A stretch of DNA of 63,578 nucleotides, filler included, from Reticulomyxa filosa (GCA_000512085.1; 14 parts of 14 records of this genome joined end to end with filler, not necessarily neighbours in it), one strand, 5' to 3'; shown: positions 1 to 13,541, counted from the whole stretch's first letter. Numbers and translations: made by a program. The notes: generated from the sequence alone by a model not told the origin.

Positions 1-182
1 TAAGAAAATTGACGATTTTTTTGCTTTAAGATATAAATAGCAAATTCCTTTTGACAAATATCAAGTTGAATATTTTGAAAATTAAATAATTGCCCAAGTC
101 CAAATGTCGAATCAAATTAAAACAAAACAATAGAAAATTTTATTATTTTTATGATGTACTGTCAGCAGTTGTATGAACTTCA

Positions 183-2743
183 TCAAATAATCGATTTAGA
201 TCTTTTTTTGGTGTCTAAATCGTTCTGAAAATCATTATCAGCTCCTGAATCTACATTTGTTATATCTTTAACTTCTATAAACTTTTGCAACTGTGCTCTT
301 TCTTCCTCAGTTGGCTCTCTTTTATGAACAGATGCAAAATGTTTCACTGCCCGTTCGATAAGCTACAAACATACGACAAAATATTTTTTATATTATGTTT
401 GTGTTTATGTTTATATCACTGCTAACTTTTGTGTTCAAAGAATTGAGATTTTCATTTTGTGATGAAGTTTTTGGTGAATTTCGAACCGGGGAAAAGAATT
501 TGATTGATCGTTTGCTGGCTGACGAGTCCTTTATTCATTACATTCAAATTTTATTAACTTTGTATTACTTCTTTGCGATAATTCATAAAAACACACAAAT
601 TAAACTCCAGGTGTCTTTTGTTTTGATGGCGAACAACTACTTTCGCTTTCCTTTGTTTCAATCAATTTGCATGTGGCCAAACACAGCAATAATTCTTCAA
701 ATTCTTCCAGCGATGGTTCCCTTCCTGTCAAGTTTATAAATACCTGACGACTCGTTGAAAATCATCGATTTGGTAACTAGTGTTTTTGCTGAATTTAATG
801 CTTTTTGTCGTCCCTGATTATTGTTGCATGTGCAAACTATTTTTTAATTAACATTATAAACGATAACAAAAAATAAACACACTTGTGCTTGTGAAGCTCG
901 TGCCTCATCTTCTTGTGAATCATCAGATAATTCCTCTTTTGCTTCCTGTGCCAATTGTTCTTGCACACGCCCAAAAACAGTGGTGACATCTTTGGTTTCT
1001 GCTTCTCGTCCGTTAACCTCATAAAATCTGTCACAAACTAATCCCGCCAAATATTGTCTGTCGTCTTTTCCTCTTTCACGAACAGCTTTCAAAGCGTCCG
1101 CAATTTCTTTTTCCATAACTTCTTTAGGTATTTCTCCCTCCTCTTCTTCTTTCTCTTCTGCGATACTTGTCGGAATATTTTCAACCTTTCGGCCCATCAT
1201 TTCAGTTTTCCCAAAAAAAAAACAAGTGTCACTTATCAATTCGTTAGCGTTTTCAAAAAAAGTTGGTTTTTTGAAAACAAAGAAAACATACGTTTTCATT
1301 ACTGACAAAGTCGCTTGCTGAAGAGCCACCAACATGAAAGAGCGAGTCTGCTTTGGACAAAATGTCATCATCCAATTTTTGCCCGTTTCCTCTTCAAATT
1401 CCTTGCGAGCCCTTTCCATTATCTTTTGCATCACAAAAAAAAAATTATATATGTATACATTATTATTATATTGTATATTTGGAAAACGTTATATTGTCCC
1501 TTCATTCAAAATCGAGCTAAAAGAAATGATGACAAACCTCGCGTTTTTCTGCATCATCCAAATTTCTCACATTTTCCAAGGCTTTTTGCAATTCGCTCTT
1601 ACTGATTTCGAAATCAGCATCTTCTTCTTGTTCTTCAGACGCACCACTTTTGTCAGATTCCTCTTCTTCGTCTGACAATTCCTCAATTTCATCCGACTGA
1701 GCCTTTTTTATTGGTTCAAGACATTTTGTAAAAAGACTTTTTTTCCCTTTTAATTCAAAACAAATGCAAAGAGTGTGACGAACATACTTGTACATTATCA
1801 TCGGCGTCGTCCTCCTCTTTGTCGGTACTTTGAATTTGAGGGAAGAACGTTTGCATTACCGCTTGTTTGCAGGCGTCCCTTTCGCTCTCGGTCGGTTTTC
1901 GTCCGTGTTTTTGTTCAAACTGTCTTTCAATCAGCATTGTAATCTCTTCTTCTATTTGCTTAGGGTTTTCCTCTTCGTATTCTTCTGCTTCGGCCTCGTC
2001 TTTCATTTCTTCCGCTTCAGCCATGTTCGCTGCTGCTTGTGCTTTTTCAATGTCTTCATCACTTTGAGAGGCAAACACTTCATACTCCGCTAGTGTAAAG
2101 TCTTCTGGGGTACCTTCATCGTTCACTCGATACTGTTGTCACAACACGAAAACAAAAAAGGGAGCTTTACAATCATTTCATTACAGTTCAAAAACACATT
2201 CTCTCAATGCCACAAAAAAAAAAAAAAAAATGACTCAACCAATAAAATATCTCCACGAAATTCTTGGTCGTTAAATGGAAAACGAAGCTTGTGTGGGTTT
2301 AACAGAACATCTACTGATTCATGTCTTCCACCAACCACTAACACTTTCTTTTCTTCCCATTCACCTTTTGAATCATTCCATAAATACATTTATTACAATT
2401 CTTTTTTTTTTTAGGAAACGGGTTGCTTTTTTTTTTTCGGGGTTATACCATAGATTGTTGGAGGAGCACCCAAAATTTCTTTGACTAAGTGTTTTTTTGG
2501 AGTTGTATCGTACACAATTTCTGCAGCTGTTCCGTCGCATTTTAAGACGACAGCCTTGACAATAGGACCCTCGAGACTCATCAATTTGGATATGTCACAT
2601 ACTTCTTTCAGCATATTCGAAAGATTTTCTGCTTCTTTATCGTCAAATTCATTCTAAAACACAACAACAAAGTTATTACCACTTAAAAATGAAGGAAAAA
2701 AAAAACTGACTTGGTTGATGTTAATATTATCGACTTGAGACAT
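183..2743 (-). CDS. Multi-exon acidic protein with N-terminal DUF5880-like segment and repeated F-x4-(G/K)R(E/K)PTxxE helical motifs
   Basis: ATG at 2743 (MSQVDNININQ). GT-AG introns link ORFs 2411-2614, 2204-2389, 1755-2126, 1517-1801 and 844-1434 to a last exon LIERAVKHFASVHKREPTEEERAQ...SKSII* ending at 183. DUF5880 likeness (NPHKLRFPFNDQEFRGDILL...PEDFTLAEY) is from memory. Confidence 0.7.
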
Positions 2744-3214
2744 TTGGTTTTTTTTAAAATCGGAATGATATTCGGGTTATCAAGAAGTACTTTTTAGGTA
2801 TACCACAACTACGAGCTGCCCCCTTTTGAACTTTTTTCCTTCACGACAAGAACCTTTTATAAGTCACAAAAATTCGAGTTCCAAATTTCAAGGACCTCAA
2901 ATGAGATTGAATAATCAAAAAATTTAAATATTGACTTGATTCACTCATATGACAATAACACCGAAAAATCGTAAAAAAAACGGAGCTAAGTAAAGCACAC
3001 TTCAATTTCTTTGTGTACATAACAAAGCAAAAACCAACTCCAAATGTGACATTATTTCGCTTTATGATTTTTTTTAATGATTGGTTCAATTAAATACCTT
3101 TGCACGAACAAATTTGCTTAAAAAAATTGTTTAAAAAAGTTGAGTCCACAATTTGTACTTAAAAAAATACGAACACAGTCAAAAAGAAAACACTAAAATA
3201 CAGAAGCCTTTAAA

Positions 3215-3871
3215 TCAAAGAAACACTCTGTGAATTTTACTCATCGAAACGCCTTGAAGACACACAGGGCAAGAAGGGCGCTGCGAGTTTTTGATAACGG
3301 AGCCAATACATTCCCAGCAATATAAATGTCCACACAACGTGCTCGTTGGTTTATCCATGAAACAGTGACATATAGGACATTTTTGAGTATACTTTTTGAG
3401 CTCTTCAGTGAGTTGCAGTGTCGTATCCATTTCCAACAATGTCTAAAGACCGAATATTTTGTTGATTTATTTGACAATGGACAAATATACAAACATGGAA
3501 CAAAAAAAAGTTAAACAAACTGCTAGAAGATATGTATGATACAATTTCAAAAAAAAAAAGGGACTCATACGTATAAATACTGTGATACTGGTTTTTAGGA
3601 CCAACTTAACAATGATTGTTTTTTTGATTTGATCTGTTTTCTCTTGAAGGGGATCCCTATTGTTTCTGACATTTGTTTTGTCACGGCCTTTTTTATAGCT
3701 GTTAAGTATTTCTAAACCACTTGAGTTACTTTCTTCCCTTTCTTCTTCCTCGTCAGTTCCATCGTCATTTGTCAGATCAATAAAGTTTTCTGTTGTAGCG
3801 GAAGACAATGATTCGATGCTGTTGCCGCTGTTATCATTGTTGTCTCGTTTTGTCTCGGATTCATTCTCCAT
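3215..3871 (-). CDS. RING-finger E3 ligase, RNF4/Slx8-like (putative SUMO-targeted ubiquitin ligase)
   Basis: Exon 1 has a SIM-like FIDLT followed by an acidic stretch. The last exon has a C3HC4 RING (CPIC...CGHLYCWEC...CPVC) at the extreme C-terminus (IHRVFL*). Confidence 0.75.
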
Positions 3872-4073
3872 TGTTGACGTCCCACTGTTATTTGCTCCTT
3901 TTTGTATATATGTGTATGCATATTACGTATCACTTTCATTACTTTTGTTGGTTTGATAATGTAACAGGAATGAGGTTTATGGAAGGGACAATAAAAATTG
4001 TTCAGTTAAGTATTTGTTCCAAGTAAATAATGGAAAAAACAAATGTTTTTTGAACCGAGGTACACTTGTTTTT

Positions 4074-6809
4074 TTATCCGTCTTTCTTTTCATTATAACT
4101 TTGCTGTTGCAACCAACCACCAAGTCCTATAATATTTAGGCTTAGATTTGGGCGCATGTTAAGATCACCTCTGTTGGTTTCAGTTGGATTTGGTTGAGGA
4201 AAAGGTTGTCTTCTATATGATATTGCGTCTGTTTTTATGCTGTTTTCATTTGCCGTTTGTACTTCTCTATTCTCTACGGATTTTTTCTGTCTCATCTAGC
4301 TTCTTTGTTATTGTTTTTGGAAAAAAAAATAGTTGCTCCCAAAAAACTGAAACGTTTTACGTGAAACGAAAATCAGTATCTGCAGTTTTATACTGTTACT
4401 GTTGATCTATATTACTTTATCTCAGTATCTAGTGTTTTGCCAGATGTTGATAAGTCCAATTGTTGCATGTGCGCATCTTTCCGGAAATTACGAGATCGGT
4501 ATTACCTTCACTTCGAGGTTAGTTTCAAATCCTCGCGCTAAATCACAATAAGTTCAAAAATAAAAAATGCAGTGGTCTTAAGGCTATTATTAGAATATTA
4601 TAAAAAAATTATTGTGTGATCTTGTTGATGCAGGATAAATAATCCTAACCAAGATTTTGTTAGGATATCTTTTTGCTGTGAAAAAATACGCGTTTCATAT
4701 GAATCTAGTTTTTGTGAGAAAAAAGCAGATCTTGTTAAAATTTCCATACGCCACCAACAAAATTCCAAAGAAGTGTTCAATAAATATTAAAACTCTTGAA
4801 AATTGTAACCTTTGCTTTGAAACAAGGTTCTCAATGAAAAAATTTGTCTCACAGAAATTAAAATAAACATCGTTTGAGCACGAAAGTCTGTTTGCTCTCA
4901 AAACAAAACAAAATATTCGACTAAATTTTTGTGATCGCAATATCATTATCTTTTTCTTCCTGGCCATTGATGATGTCATTTGTTTGTTCGTTGTTCCCTT
5001 CGCTTTTCTTTTCCTTTTTTGCATCTGATTCCGCAGCATCTTTCTCCTCTCCATCAGTTTTTCTTTCGGTCTGCCCGGGCTACCGTTATCATTATCATTT
5101 CCACCACTACTGCTGCGACGTTTTTTCTTTTCTTTGCTATGATTTCTGCTTTTTTTCTTTTTTTTGCGATCACTTTTGCTTTTGCTGTCACTTCGATGGG
5201 TTTTGCTCTTTCCTTTCTTTTTGTCTTTTTTGTCTACTTTGTCTACACAGACACACATGCAATATGCCTGTTATCATGTCTTCCAACAAGAAAAAGATGG
5301 ACCAAACAAAAACAAAGGAATTTCTTGTTTTAAATCTATTTATTTTACCAGGTGAGCTGTTCTCCAAATTGTTGTCCTTTTTGTCTTTTCCATGATCAGA
5401 TTTTTGTGAATCATTTGAGTGTGAGCGAGAGCGTCTTGAACGAGATCGAGAATCACCTGAACTCTCGCTCGAGCTGCGCGATCGACTTCGAGACTCGGGA
5501 CTTTTTCTGTCGAAGCCACAACAAGCGAACATTACATCTCCAAAAAACTGCACATCAATAACTCAAAAAAAAACATCAATCTTGCCAACAAGCGATTACC
5601 CATGAGGACAAAAAAAAGGGGGGAATCGACAGGTGCGCATTTTCGGATATTTCTTCCAACAGAGAGAAAAAAATGATTTAAGGAAAGAGGGGAAGAAGAA
5701 GGGAAAAAAAAAAAAACTACATCATCCTTTTTTATTTTCTACTTCTTTATTATAATCTTTTTTTTTTCAATGTTGTTTTTGTTTTGGTTGGGTTTTGGTT
5801 TTTGCCTTGTCTTTGGTCTTTGTCTTCGACTTTGGCTTGCATTTGTCGATGTTGAAAAAGGACCTTTCTTTGGCTTTGTATTGGTCTTTTTTTTTTTCTT
5901 TTTGTTTTTTGTTTTTTGTTTTTGTTTTTTTTGCTCCAGCCTGTGCTCTCTGTCTTGTGTTTCTTTCATCTTGTCTTTACAATAGTCTTTTTTAATCTTT
6001 GATGGACAAGGTAAAAACAAAAAAAAAAAAAAAAAATGATATTTTTTCTGTGGGAAAGCAAAATGGTAAAAGGAACGAATAGGAGATGTAATGGGGAAAA
6101 GATATGAAAGGAAATGAGAAGGGGGGGGGAAAAAAAAGCGATGGGTTTGGATAAGATAATGTCACTTCAATTGTACCTTCTACTTTTGTGTTTAGAAGAA
6201 CGTTTTCGATCACGGCTTCTACTTCGACTGGCAGACACGCTTCGGCTATCACTTCGACTGTCACTTCGAGAACGTCGTTCATAGCGACTCCCCCGTCGTG
6301 CTATTTAAAAAAGATTTTTTTTTTTAAAAAAAAAAAGGGGAACCGCCTTTTTATTTCTCTCTCATGCATTATATCGTTCACGCAAACAAATAATACTACT
6401 AAACGCCCTTGTCTGCGCATCTCATTTGGTGTTTTACGATCTGATTTAGCCCATTCGACTAACAAATCATAGCCCCACCGCGAATGCCATCTACCTCACG
6501 AATGGCATTGGCTGCGTTTCGTCTGTCCTCAAATTCAATGTACGCAAATCCGCGAGCTTCACCAGAATAATAATGCAATGGGATGTACACGTCCCGAATC
6601 TTTTTTTTATATACGTGTATGTACGGGAAAATTTGTTGGTGAGACAACAAAATTCCCCTAAGAACAGACAAAAACAAGTTTTATTGCCCAACCTCGCCGT
6701 ATTTGCTGAAAATTGACTCTAATTCCGATTTCTTCACGTAAGGTGGTATTGGTTTAACATACAAAGAACCACGCTGAGTCCGTGACCCTCGCATGCTTCT
6801 TGAAGACAT
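4074..6809 (-). CDS. SR splicing factor, SRSF10/SCL-like (RRM plus RS/K-rich tail); 3' end uncertain
   Basis: ATG 6809 MSSRSMRG...SLYVKPIPP...FSKYGE|IRDVYIPLHYYSGEARGFAYIEF...VEWAKSDRKTPNEMRR. Downstream RS-rich exons at about 6300-6180, 5510-5350 and 5245-4930. Apparent 1-nt frameshift near 6478. Confidence 0.8.
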
Positions 6810-7251
6810 ATATTGCTATGCTTTTATTTAGGGGTAACGTAAATCCTAAACAAAAATATCCCAGCTTTTTTCGTGAAGACGTGCCGAAAGGAGGAAACAA
6901 GACGCGTGACTTGCAGCTACGATTGATAACGAAACCATCAAAAAATAATTTTAACCTTACTACAATATCTCTAGTATTGCTTATTGCAACAACAAATAAT
7001 TTAGCAATATTTAAATTTGTTGATTGACCATCACATAGTGTGTTATTGTTTCGGAATCGTTGAAACGTTGAAACAGTTTGGCACCCAACTGAATCATAAC
7101 ACCAGCGCTGCCCACGTTTTGTGGTTTTAAAAATTTATTTATATATTATCCTTGTTTGTCTTCTTTCGTTTTACAATCTAAGAGTGAGTGAGAACATTTA
7201 CTTGAACAGCAGACCCCAGAACTTGTGGTTTTTCAAATTATTATAAAAAGG

Positions 7252-7968
7252 ATGAAAGGACTTGTAAATTACAGTGATTCAGAAGAAGAAGAAGAAAGAG
7301 ATGCGGAGAATGAAGATAAAGAAGCAAAAAAAACAAAAGAGACGTCTTCGAACGCAAATTCATGGAAACCGCAACTGACAAAAAAAGTGACAGATCCATT
7401 GACAGATTCAAAGACATCTTCATCGAGTGTCCAGAAGCGTTCAGAACCGAACAAAAGAAAGCGAGATGAGATGGAATCAGATTCGTCATCAGATAGAGAG
7501 ACGGATTCGGACGTGGATCCGAAAATCCCACCACGTAAAAAAATCCGTCTGTCGAATGTGTCAAAGGCACAATTCACACAAAACATAATTGAAAAATTGG
7601 ACAAAAGCAATGTGAAAGGCTCAAGCGCGAGCGAAATTGATTTTCTATCAATGTCAAAGCAAGAAGATTCAATGGTAATATTACCAACATTTGATAAAAC
7701 TAAAAAAGCACTTCCGAATCGAGTTGAAGAGAAAGACACAACATCAACCGATGAAACAGTCGAAACCATGGAATTGCAAAAAGTTGCAAAAGAGGAGAAG
7801 GAGTATGTCCAGAAACAGTTGAAAATGTTGCATCAAAGAGCGACTGAAAACAAATATAAAGCCAAAGAAACGACACGACAAAAAAATACCAGACAACAGA
7901 AATTGGGACAAGCTACTTTTTCACTTAAGTGGGATAGAGACACTGGAGCTGAATTGGCAGGGGTCTAA
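7252..7968 (+). CDS. Intronless charged, low-complexity hypothetical protein (probably nuclear)
   Basis: 238-aa ORF from ATG 7252 (MKGLVNYSDSEEEE), with NLS-like KRKR and PPRKKIR and a basic C-terminal motif KNTRQQKLGQATFSLKWDRD. Confidence 0.7.
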   Translation: MKGLVNYSDSEEEEERDAENEDKEAKKTKETSSNANSWKPQLTKKVTDPLTDSKTSSSSVQKRSEPNKRKRDEMESDSSSDRETDSDVDPKIPPRKKIRLSNVSKAQFTQNIIEKLDKSNVKGSSASEIDFLSMSKQEDSMVILPTFDKTKKALPNRVEEKDTTSTDETVETMELQKVAKEEKEYVQKQLKMLHQRATENKYKAKETTRQKNTRQQKLGQATFSLKWDRDTGAELAGV

Positions 7969-9214
7969 AGGTTTAAGTTCAAATGACAATTGTTTTTTTT
8001 TTATTGCATCTGCTATGTTGCTCTTTTTTTTTGTTCGACATCTCTCGCTACTCTTAAATTGTGAAAAATACTTTGATAGAAACCAACTGAATGCAATTTT
8101 TTTATGAAATTTCTAAACGTTTAAAATTCTGTTTAACTACTTGACAAGTGCGTTAATAGTCGACCCAGCAGTAATGCAGCAAGTTAGCTTAACATTGTCA
8201 TGGTTATTTCTTATTGCATAATTTTGTCATGAAATTTATATTTCAAATCTTGTTAGACAAATTCTTTCGTAGAAAAACAAGTTTGCCATATTTTGTCATT
8301 TTAATTTAGAATGATTCAAGCTTTGAAATTAGACTCGAACGTGGATGCAAAGTTATAATTTTCCAGCTATTGGCATACATATACGCTGTAACTATGTAAG
8401 CTAGTCATGAGCCACAATTATCTTTTTTAGAGCTATAATTGTGATCTACAGTTATGGATTAAATTTTTTGACAGCGTATTGTTTGTTGTATTGGTCAGTA
8501 GAGATTGAGCCAGTTATTGCCAGAATACTCCACCTCTTTTTTTACATTCATATACATCGTATTATCTATCATAAACACTGTTTGAATTATGTTCTCTACA
8601 ATTGAATATTATTGTAAGTTAATGACACTTTCCTTGAAACTTATAATTTTAGCTTTGTAGCAAAATACTAAATTAAACTTAGAAAATTTGCTATCAACCT
8701 ACTTTTTTTGTCAGTTTTCATTGCAGCGACTATATTCCTTTACAAAAAGAACTCTTTGCCTTTGCTAACAATTTTGAGTGATTCGATGAATCAATTTAGC
8801 ATTTTCAATCATATTTATTGTAATGGTTCTATAACTTTGTTTTTAATTTTTTAAAAAAATAAAAACTGCACTATTCAAATATGAGAATGAAAATTTGATA
8901 TTCACACAAAATTTGGCACTTCCAACAAAAGTGGAGTTGATAATTTTGCGGAATGATCAATCAAAATCATAACATTTCTTGTTTATTTGTGGCAACTGGC
9001 GCTTATAGGAAAAAACAACCAAATCGCTCATTTGTATCACACACAATCCAACAAAAAAAAAGGAATTTGAAGTTGAAAAGGGTTTTGACTTTTCAACTTT
9101 GTTTGCATACGTCCTCATTAAGGCGAAAAATAAGAAAGTTAATAATTAAAAAACAACAAACAAAAAAAAAACAGGCAAAAAAAAAATTTTTTTTTTTGGA
9201 CAACATTAAAGAAT

Positions 9215-10150
9215 CTAGCACCAACAACCACTGGAATCGCTAGTATTGTTTTGTGTGGTATTATTAGTCAGATTAATTTTTGCACTCTCTTTGTCATGAG
9301 CAGTGCCATGGCTATGGCGAGCTTGCCATTTTTGCAAGATTTGTCGTGACATGATTTCAAACATTGATTCAACATTTTCAGTATTTTTCGCGCTTGTCTC
9401 AATGAACGGTATTTGATTTTTCAGTGCAAATTCTTCAGCCTTTTCTCGTGGCACTTTTCTGCGATGTTGTTCTTCTTTATCTGCTTTATTACCAACTAAC
9501 AACTTGCACACCGTTTCTGGAGCATTTTTGTCAATTTCATAAAACCAATTGGGTACACTGTCAAACGTCTCTGATTTTGTTACATCATAAACAACAATTA
9601 TTCCATGCGCACCACGATAATAAGATTTTGTTATTGCACGGAACCGTTCTTGTCCCGCAGTGTCCCTATGTTTGCATTATTTTGCAAAACATCAAAAAAA
9701 TTTTTTTTTTCGATTGCATGAATTAAAAAAAAAAATGAACAAATGTTGCCACGTGAAAAGAGCAACAACAAAAAATATTTCATATTCTCGTTTCAATTCT
9801 TTTTGTTTTTTTCCTTGATAAAGAATACATATAATGTGTGGACGCTAATTAATCGTAATGTATACGTGTTTTTTTGTGTGATTTATTTATTGGTTTATCT
9901 TACCCTCTTCCTATACACAAAGGGGAAAATCCAAAAAAAGAAAAACTAACCACAATTGCAATTTGATTGTTTTTTGATCAATTGTTATTGTCTTAGTCTT
10001 GAAATCAACTCCAATTGTGTTTATCATATTTTCATCGAAGGTATCTTCCGTGAACCGCAATAAAAGGCATGATTTTCCCACCCCACTGTCTCCCACCAGC
10101 AACAGGACAAACAAGTAATCGTAATCTATGTTGGTTTTACGACGATCCAT
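9215..10150 (-). CDS. RAB1: Rab GTPase, Rab1-like
   Basis: Two exons: [27 protein letters not shown]|[29 protein letters not shown]-terminal CWC prenylation motif. Confidence 0.9.
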
Positions 10151-11129
10151 TGAAGCAAGTATCTTCGAGAATGAAAGCCACCAGAACGATGTTCAACGAA
10201 ATGAATGAAAGGACGACTACTATTAAATTTGAAAAAATAAAATTGACAGGGGAGCCAGGCAATTTGACTGTTTTTAACTTTTTTAGCTGTTGTAACGTGC
10301 TTTTATGATTAACGTAAAAAATGTGACAATGTTTTTTTTTATTAATAATACAATATTCAATTTTGTTCTAAATAAATTTATACTTTTTAAAAATTAATTC
10401 TATTTTGTGAATATTGTTTATTTTTGTTTTACTATAATTTAGAAATATTTAATATCATTTAATTGCAGTGTATGTATAAATATAACATTAATTATAATAT
10501 TTTTACCAATTAATTTGTTCAAAATGAAAAAATCTTAAATGCATCAAATTGTATATGTAATTGTGTAACTTTCATATTGAAAATATTGCCAATGATATAA
10601 CTATAGTTTATTATTTACACTAAAATTACATATATAAAGTGATTACTTGATTGTTACAGTTTAAGATTTAACTTAGATCAAGTACCTAGTGCGTATTATG
10701 ATTACAACTAGACTTTTTTCATTCTTTTGAATCAATGCAAAAAGTAGATTTGATACAATTACTAGCTATTGCATTTTTATTTGATAATGAGTGTAAAACT
10801 TAGTGGAATATCAATCATTCAATTGGGTTATCTAGACTACTTCGTGAAATCATTGGAAAATATGTTTAAAGTTTATGCATTTGCATTCTCAAACAAAAAT
10901 TAATTTTGAGATTACATTAACATCGCATGTTAAAGATTGATGTAATTGTGAATGAATTAAATGAAATTTCAAACAAATATGTGATCAAGTGTTCTGTTTC
11001 TGATTCAAATTAGATTAAGTTGATTGTTTAAAGCGAAAGCTAAATGCAATATAAATGAAATGTATTAAACAAAAGAATTTGAAGTAAATCAGTAAATATT
11101 GTACAATTGGCTATTTTTCAAAGATTAAA

Positions 11130-11229
11130 NNNNNNNNNNNNNNNNNNNNNNNNNNNNNNNNNNNNNNNNNNNNTTAATTAATTAANNNNNNNNNNNNNNN
11201 NNNNNNNNNNNNNNNNNNNNNNNNNNNNN
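11130..11229. other. Artificial contig spacer
   Basis: N44-TTAATTAATTAA-N44 (stop codons in all six frames). Confidence 0.97.
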
Positions 11230-12378
11230 TCAGAATTAAAAAAAGAAATTATTAAAGAGAATTCATGTTTTCAATATTTATTTGATGAAATTGAAAATAA
11301 AATAGATATTATTAAAAAAAATGTATTAATTGAATCATGTTTACGAAGTATGTGGAGTTGTTTATTATCAAGACCTTCATTAAAACCTTATCCTTTAATT
11401 TTTACTTCCAATCCTCAACTAAATCATCAAATTCAATCCAAAAAACCTGAAATCGCAAAAGAATTTTTAGGAAAAGATAGTTGTTGTAATGATATTGGTT
11501 ATTTTACTTGGCCATCTTTAATTCGATGTGATACTGATCATTTACTCAATGTCCCTATTGCTGTTTGTTACGCTCCTTTTAATTTAGATGTAAATGTGTC
11601 CGATAGAGAAGAAAGTTCCAAAAATAATGCAAAGCCTAATGAACAAATAATTTCAGAGAATCAAAATATTCAACATCCAAAAGTATCTGATAATACTCAG
11701 CAGGTATATTTTGTTTGTTGAAATAAAATAATACCAATGTTGTTTTTATGTTAATACTCTTAATTAATTGAAGGCGAACAGTAGCCAAGAAAAAAAAGAA
11801 CAAACTGAAAAATTGCATTTGCTAAATAATTTAATTGAACAATATAAGGTGCAACGCATGAACCCTTCAGTTTTGACTTTGTTTGAAATTTATTATCTTG
11901 TCAAAAATATTTTGTGTAAAAGTTGTGCTCAGGTAATTTGAGACCACATAAAGGCAGGCGTGATATTAAACAATGCATCCAAAACTATCATACTATCGTA
12001 TTTTGCAACGATGGCCATCCTTATTGTGTTGCGTTTAATGAGACCATTGATGAAAAAAACGAGAATCTATCATTTCCTAAAATACCACCAATTGTGACCG
12101 TCTTGCAAACTGAGATCATGTTATTATTTTTATCTACAAATTAAAAACTTAAAAAAAAAACATGAAACAAAAAAAAAAGTGTTCGAGGGATAATTTCGTC
12201 ATATATACATGGGATAAACAAATCACTTTGGGAGAAATCAAAAATGAATCTGCGTTTTGAGCGAAAATTTCTTTTACGTGATTGGGAAGAAATAGAACAG
12301 CCGAAAGGAGGCATTTGTTTAATCTGGTGTGATACTATTCCGATGGCAGACCTACACGGTGATGCCCAACTGCTATAA
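11230..12378 (+). CDS. Hypothetical multi-exon protein, 5' truncated, possibly degenerate
   Basis: Frame open from contig start through MWSCLLSRPSLKPYPLIF...IGYFTWPSLIR. Further exon-like segments run to GDAQLL* at 12378. No family recognised. Confidence 0.45.
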
Positions 12379-13541
12379 GCCTCTTAGAGCTAAATTATAA
12401 GTACATATGAATTTTCGAAGTTTGTGAATGAGAAAAAAATTATTGAAATTTCAACTAATCTTTGTAGACCGTTGTGGCAATTTTTTTCATCAACAAATTG
12501 CCATAAATAATAAGAGAAAGTATTCTAGATCGCAAAGAAAATGATGTCCAGTGGCAAATATACTACTGCTACTATTGTTGATTTTATAAGAAATACATAG
12601 ATGCAAAAGAAAGCTGATAATCGTGTTTTTATCGTAACTGTGAAATTTGTCAATTTTTTAAGCATTTTCAAAAAGTATTCCACCGTAAATATTTTGCATG
12701 AATTTCTTCAAAAAATAAATGCTTAAAAATAAATAAATCAAAACTTCCAAAACATTATTTTTTAAAATATACACCATTTTGGTTATTATAACCATCTTAA
12801 AGAATAAAAAAGCATAAAACATTACTTTAATTAAGGCCACAAATGCAAAAAAGAAAAAACTACAATAAAATATAAGAGCAAAAATTTCAAAAACATCTTC
12901 AAGAAAACTTAAAACTTAAACAATTCCCTTAAAATCAAAATTCTATTGTAAAAAAAATTACAATTTTGAAACAATTATGGAAGATTTAATAAAAAACCAA
13001 CTATATTTAAAATCTACACAATTCGTACACGTTTTTTAAGACAAAAAAATTAAGTTTAAATGTTGTTCCTTCACTTCGTTTTTTTTCTCGCGCTGAAACA
13101 TTTAGCTTGGTAATTGCTTGCTTATGAAAGAGTACAGAACTGGCACTAAGTGTATATGAGAGTAATTTTATAACAGAAAATGAAGGTACATGAATAATAA
13201 AAGAATGACCAAACAGTAAAAAGGGTTTCCACTAGGAGTTGTTGTCATATACTATTAGATTGTTTTTTGTATTTATCAATTTGCAAGCAACAAAGCCTTT
13301 TGAGAAATAAATTATTTTTTAATACCCAAGTATTGAATATAGTTATTTACTTTATTCAGAAATATTTCAAAAATTTGAGTCGTTAAAAAAGACGTTTCTT
13401 TTTTTATTTGTTTTTTTTGTGTCTATGGTGTGCACTACGTATATTTATCTGTAAGGATAGGCAATTTTTCTAATTAGAATGCAGAAATTAAAATTTCTTT
13501 CAAAATTTTGCAATGTGGTAACAATCAAGCAACAAAAGAAT

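Noticed and set aside
4490-4545. tRNA-like B-box hairpin (CGAGG...TTCAAATCCTCG)
   Set aside because: No cloverleaf or A box could be built around it.
395-7769. Phe/Ser/Leu-rich ORFs such as 395-739, 1788-2093, 4931-5395 and 7269-7769
   Set aside because: They are antisense shadows of Lys/Glu-rich real exons and A/T tracts.
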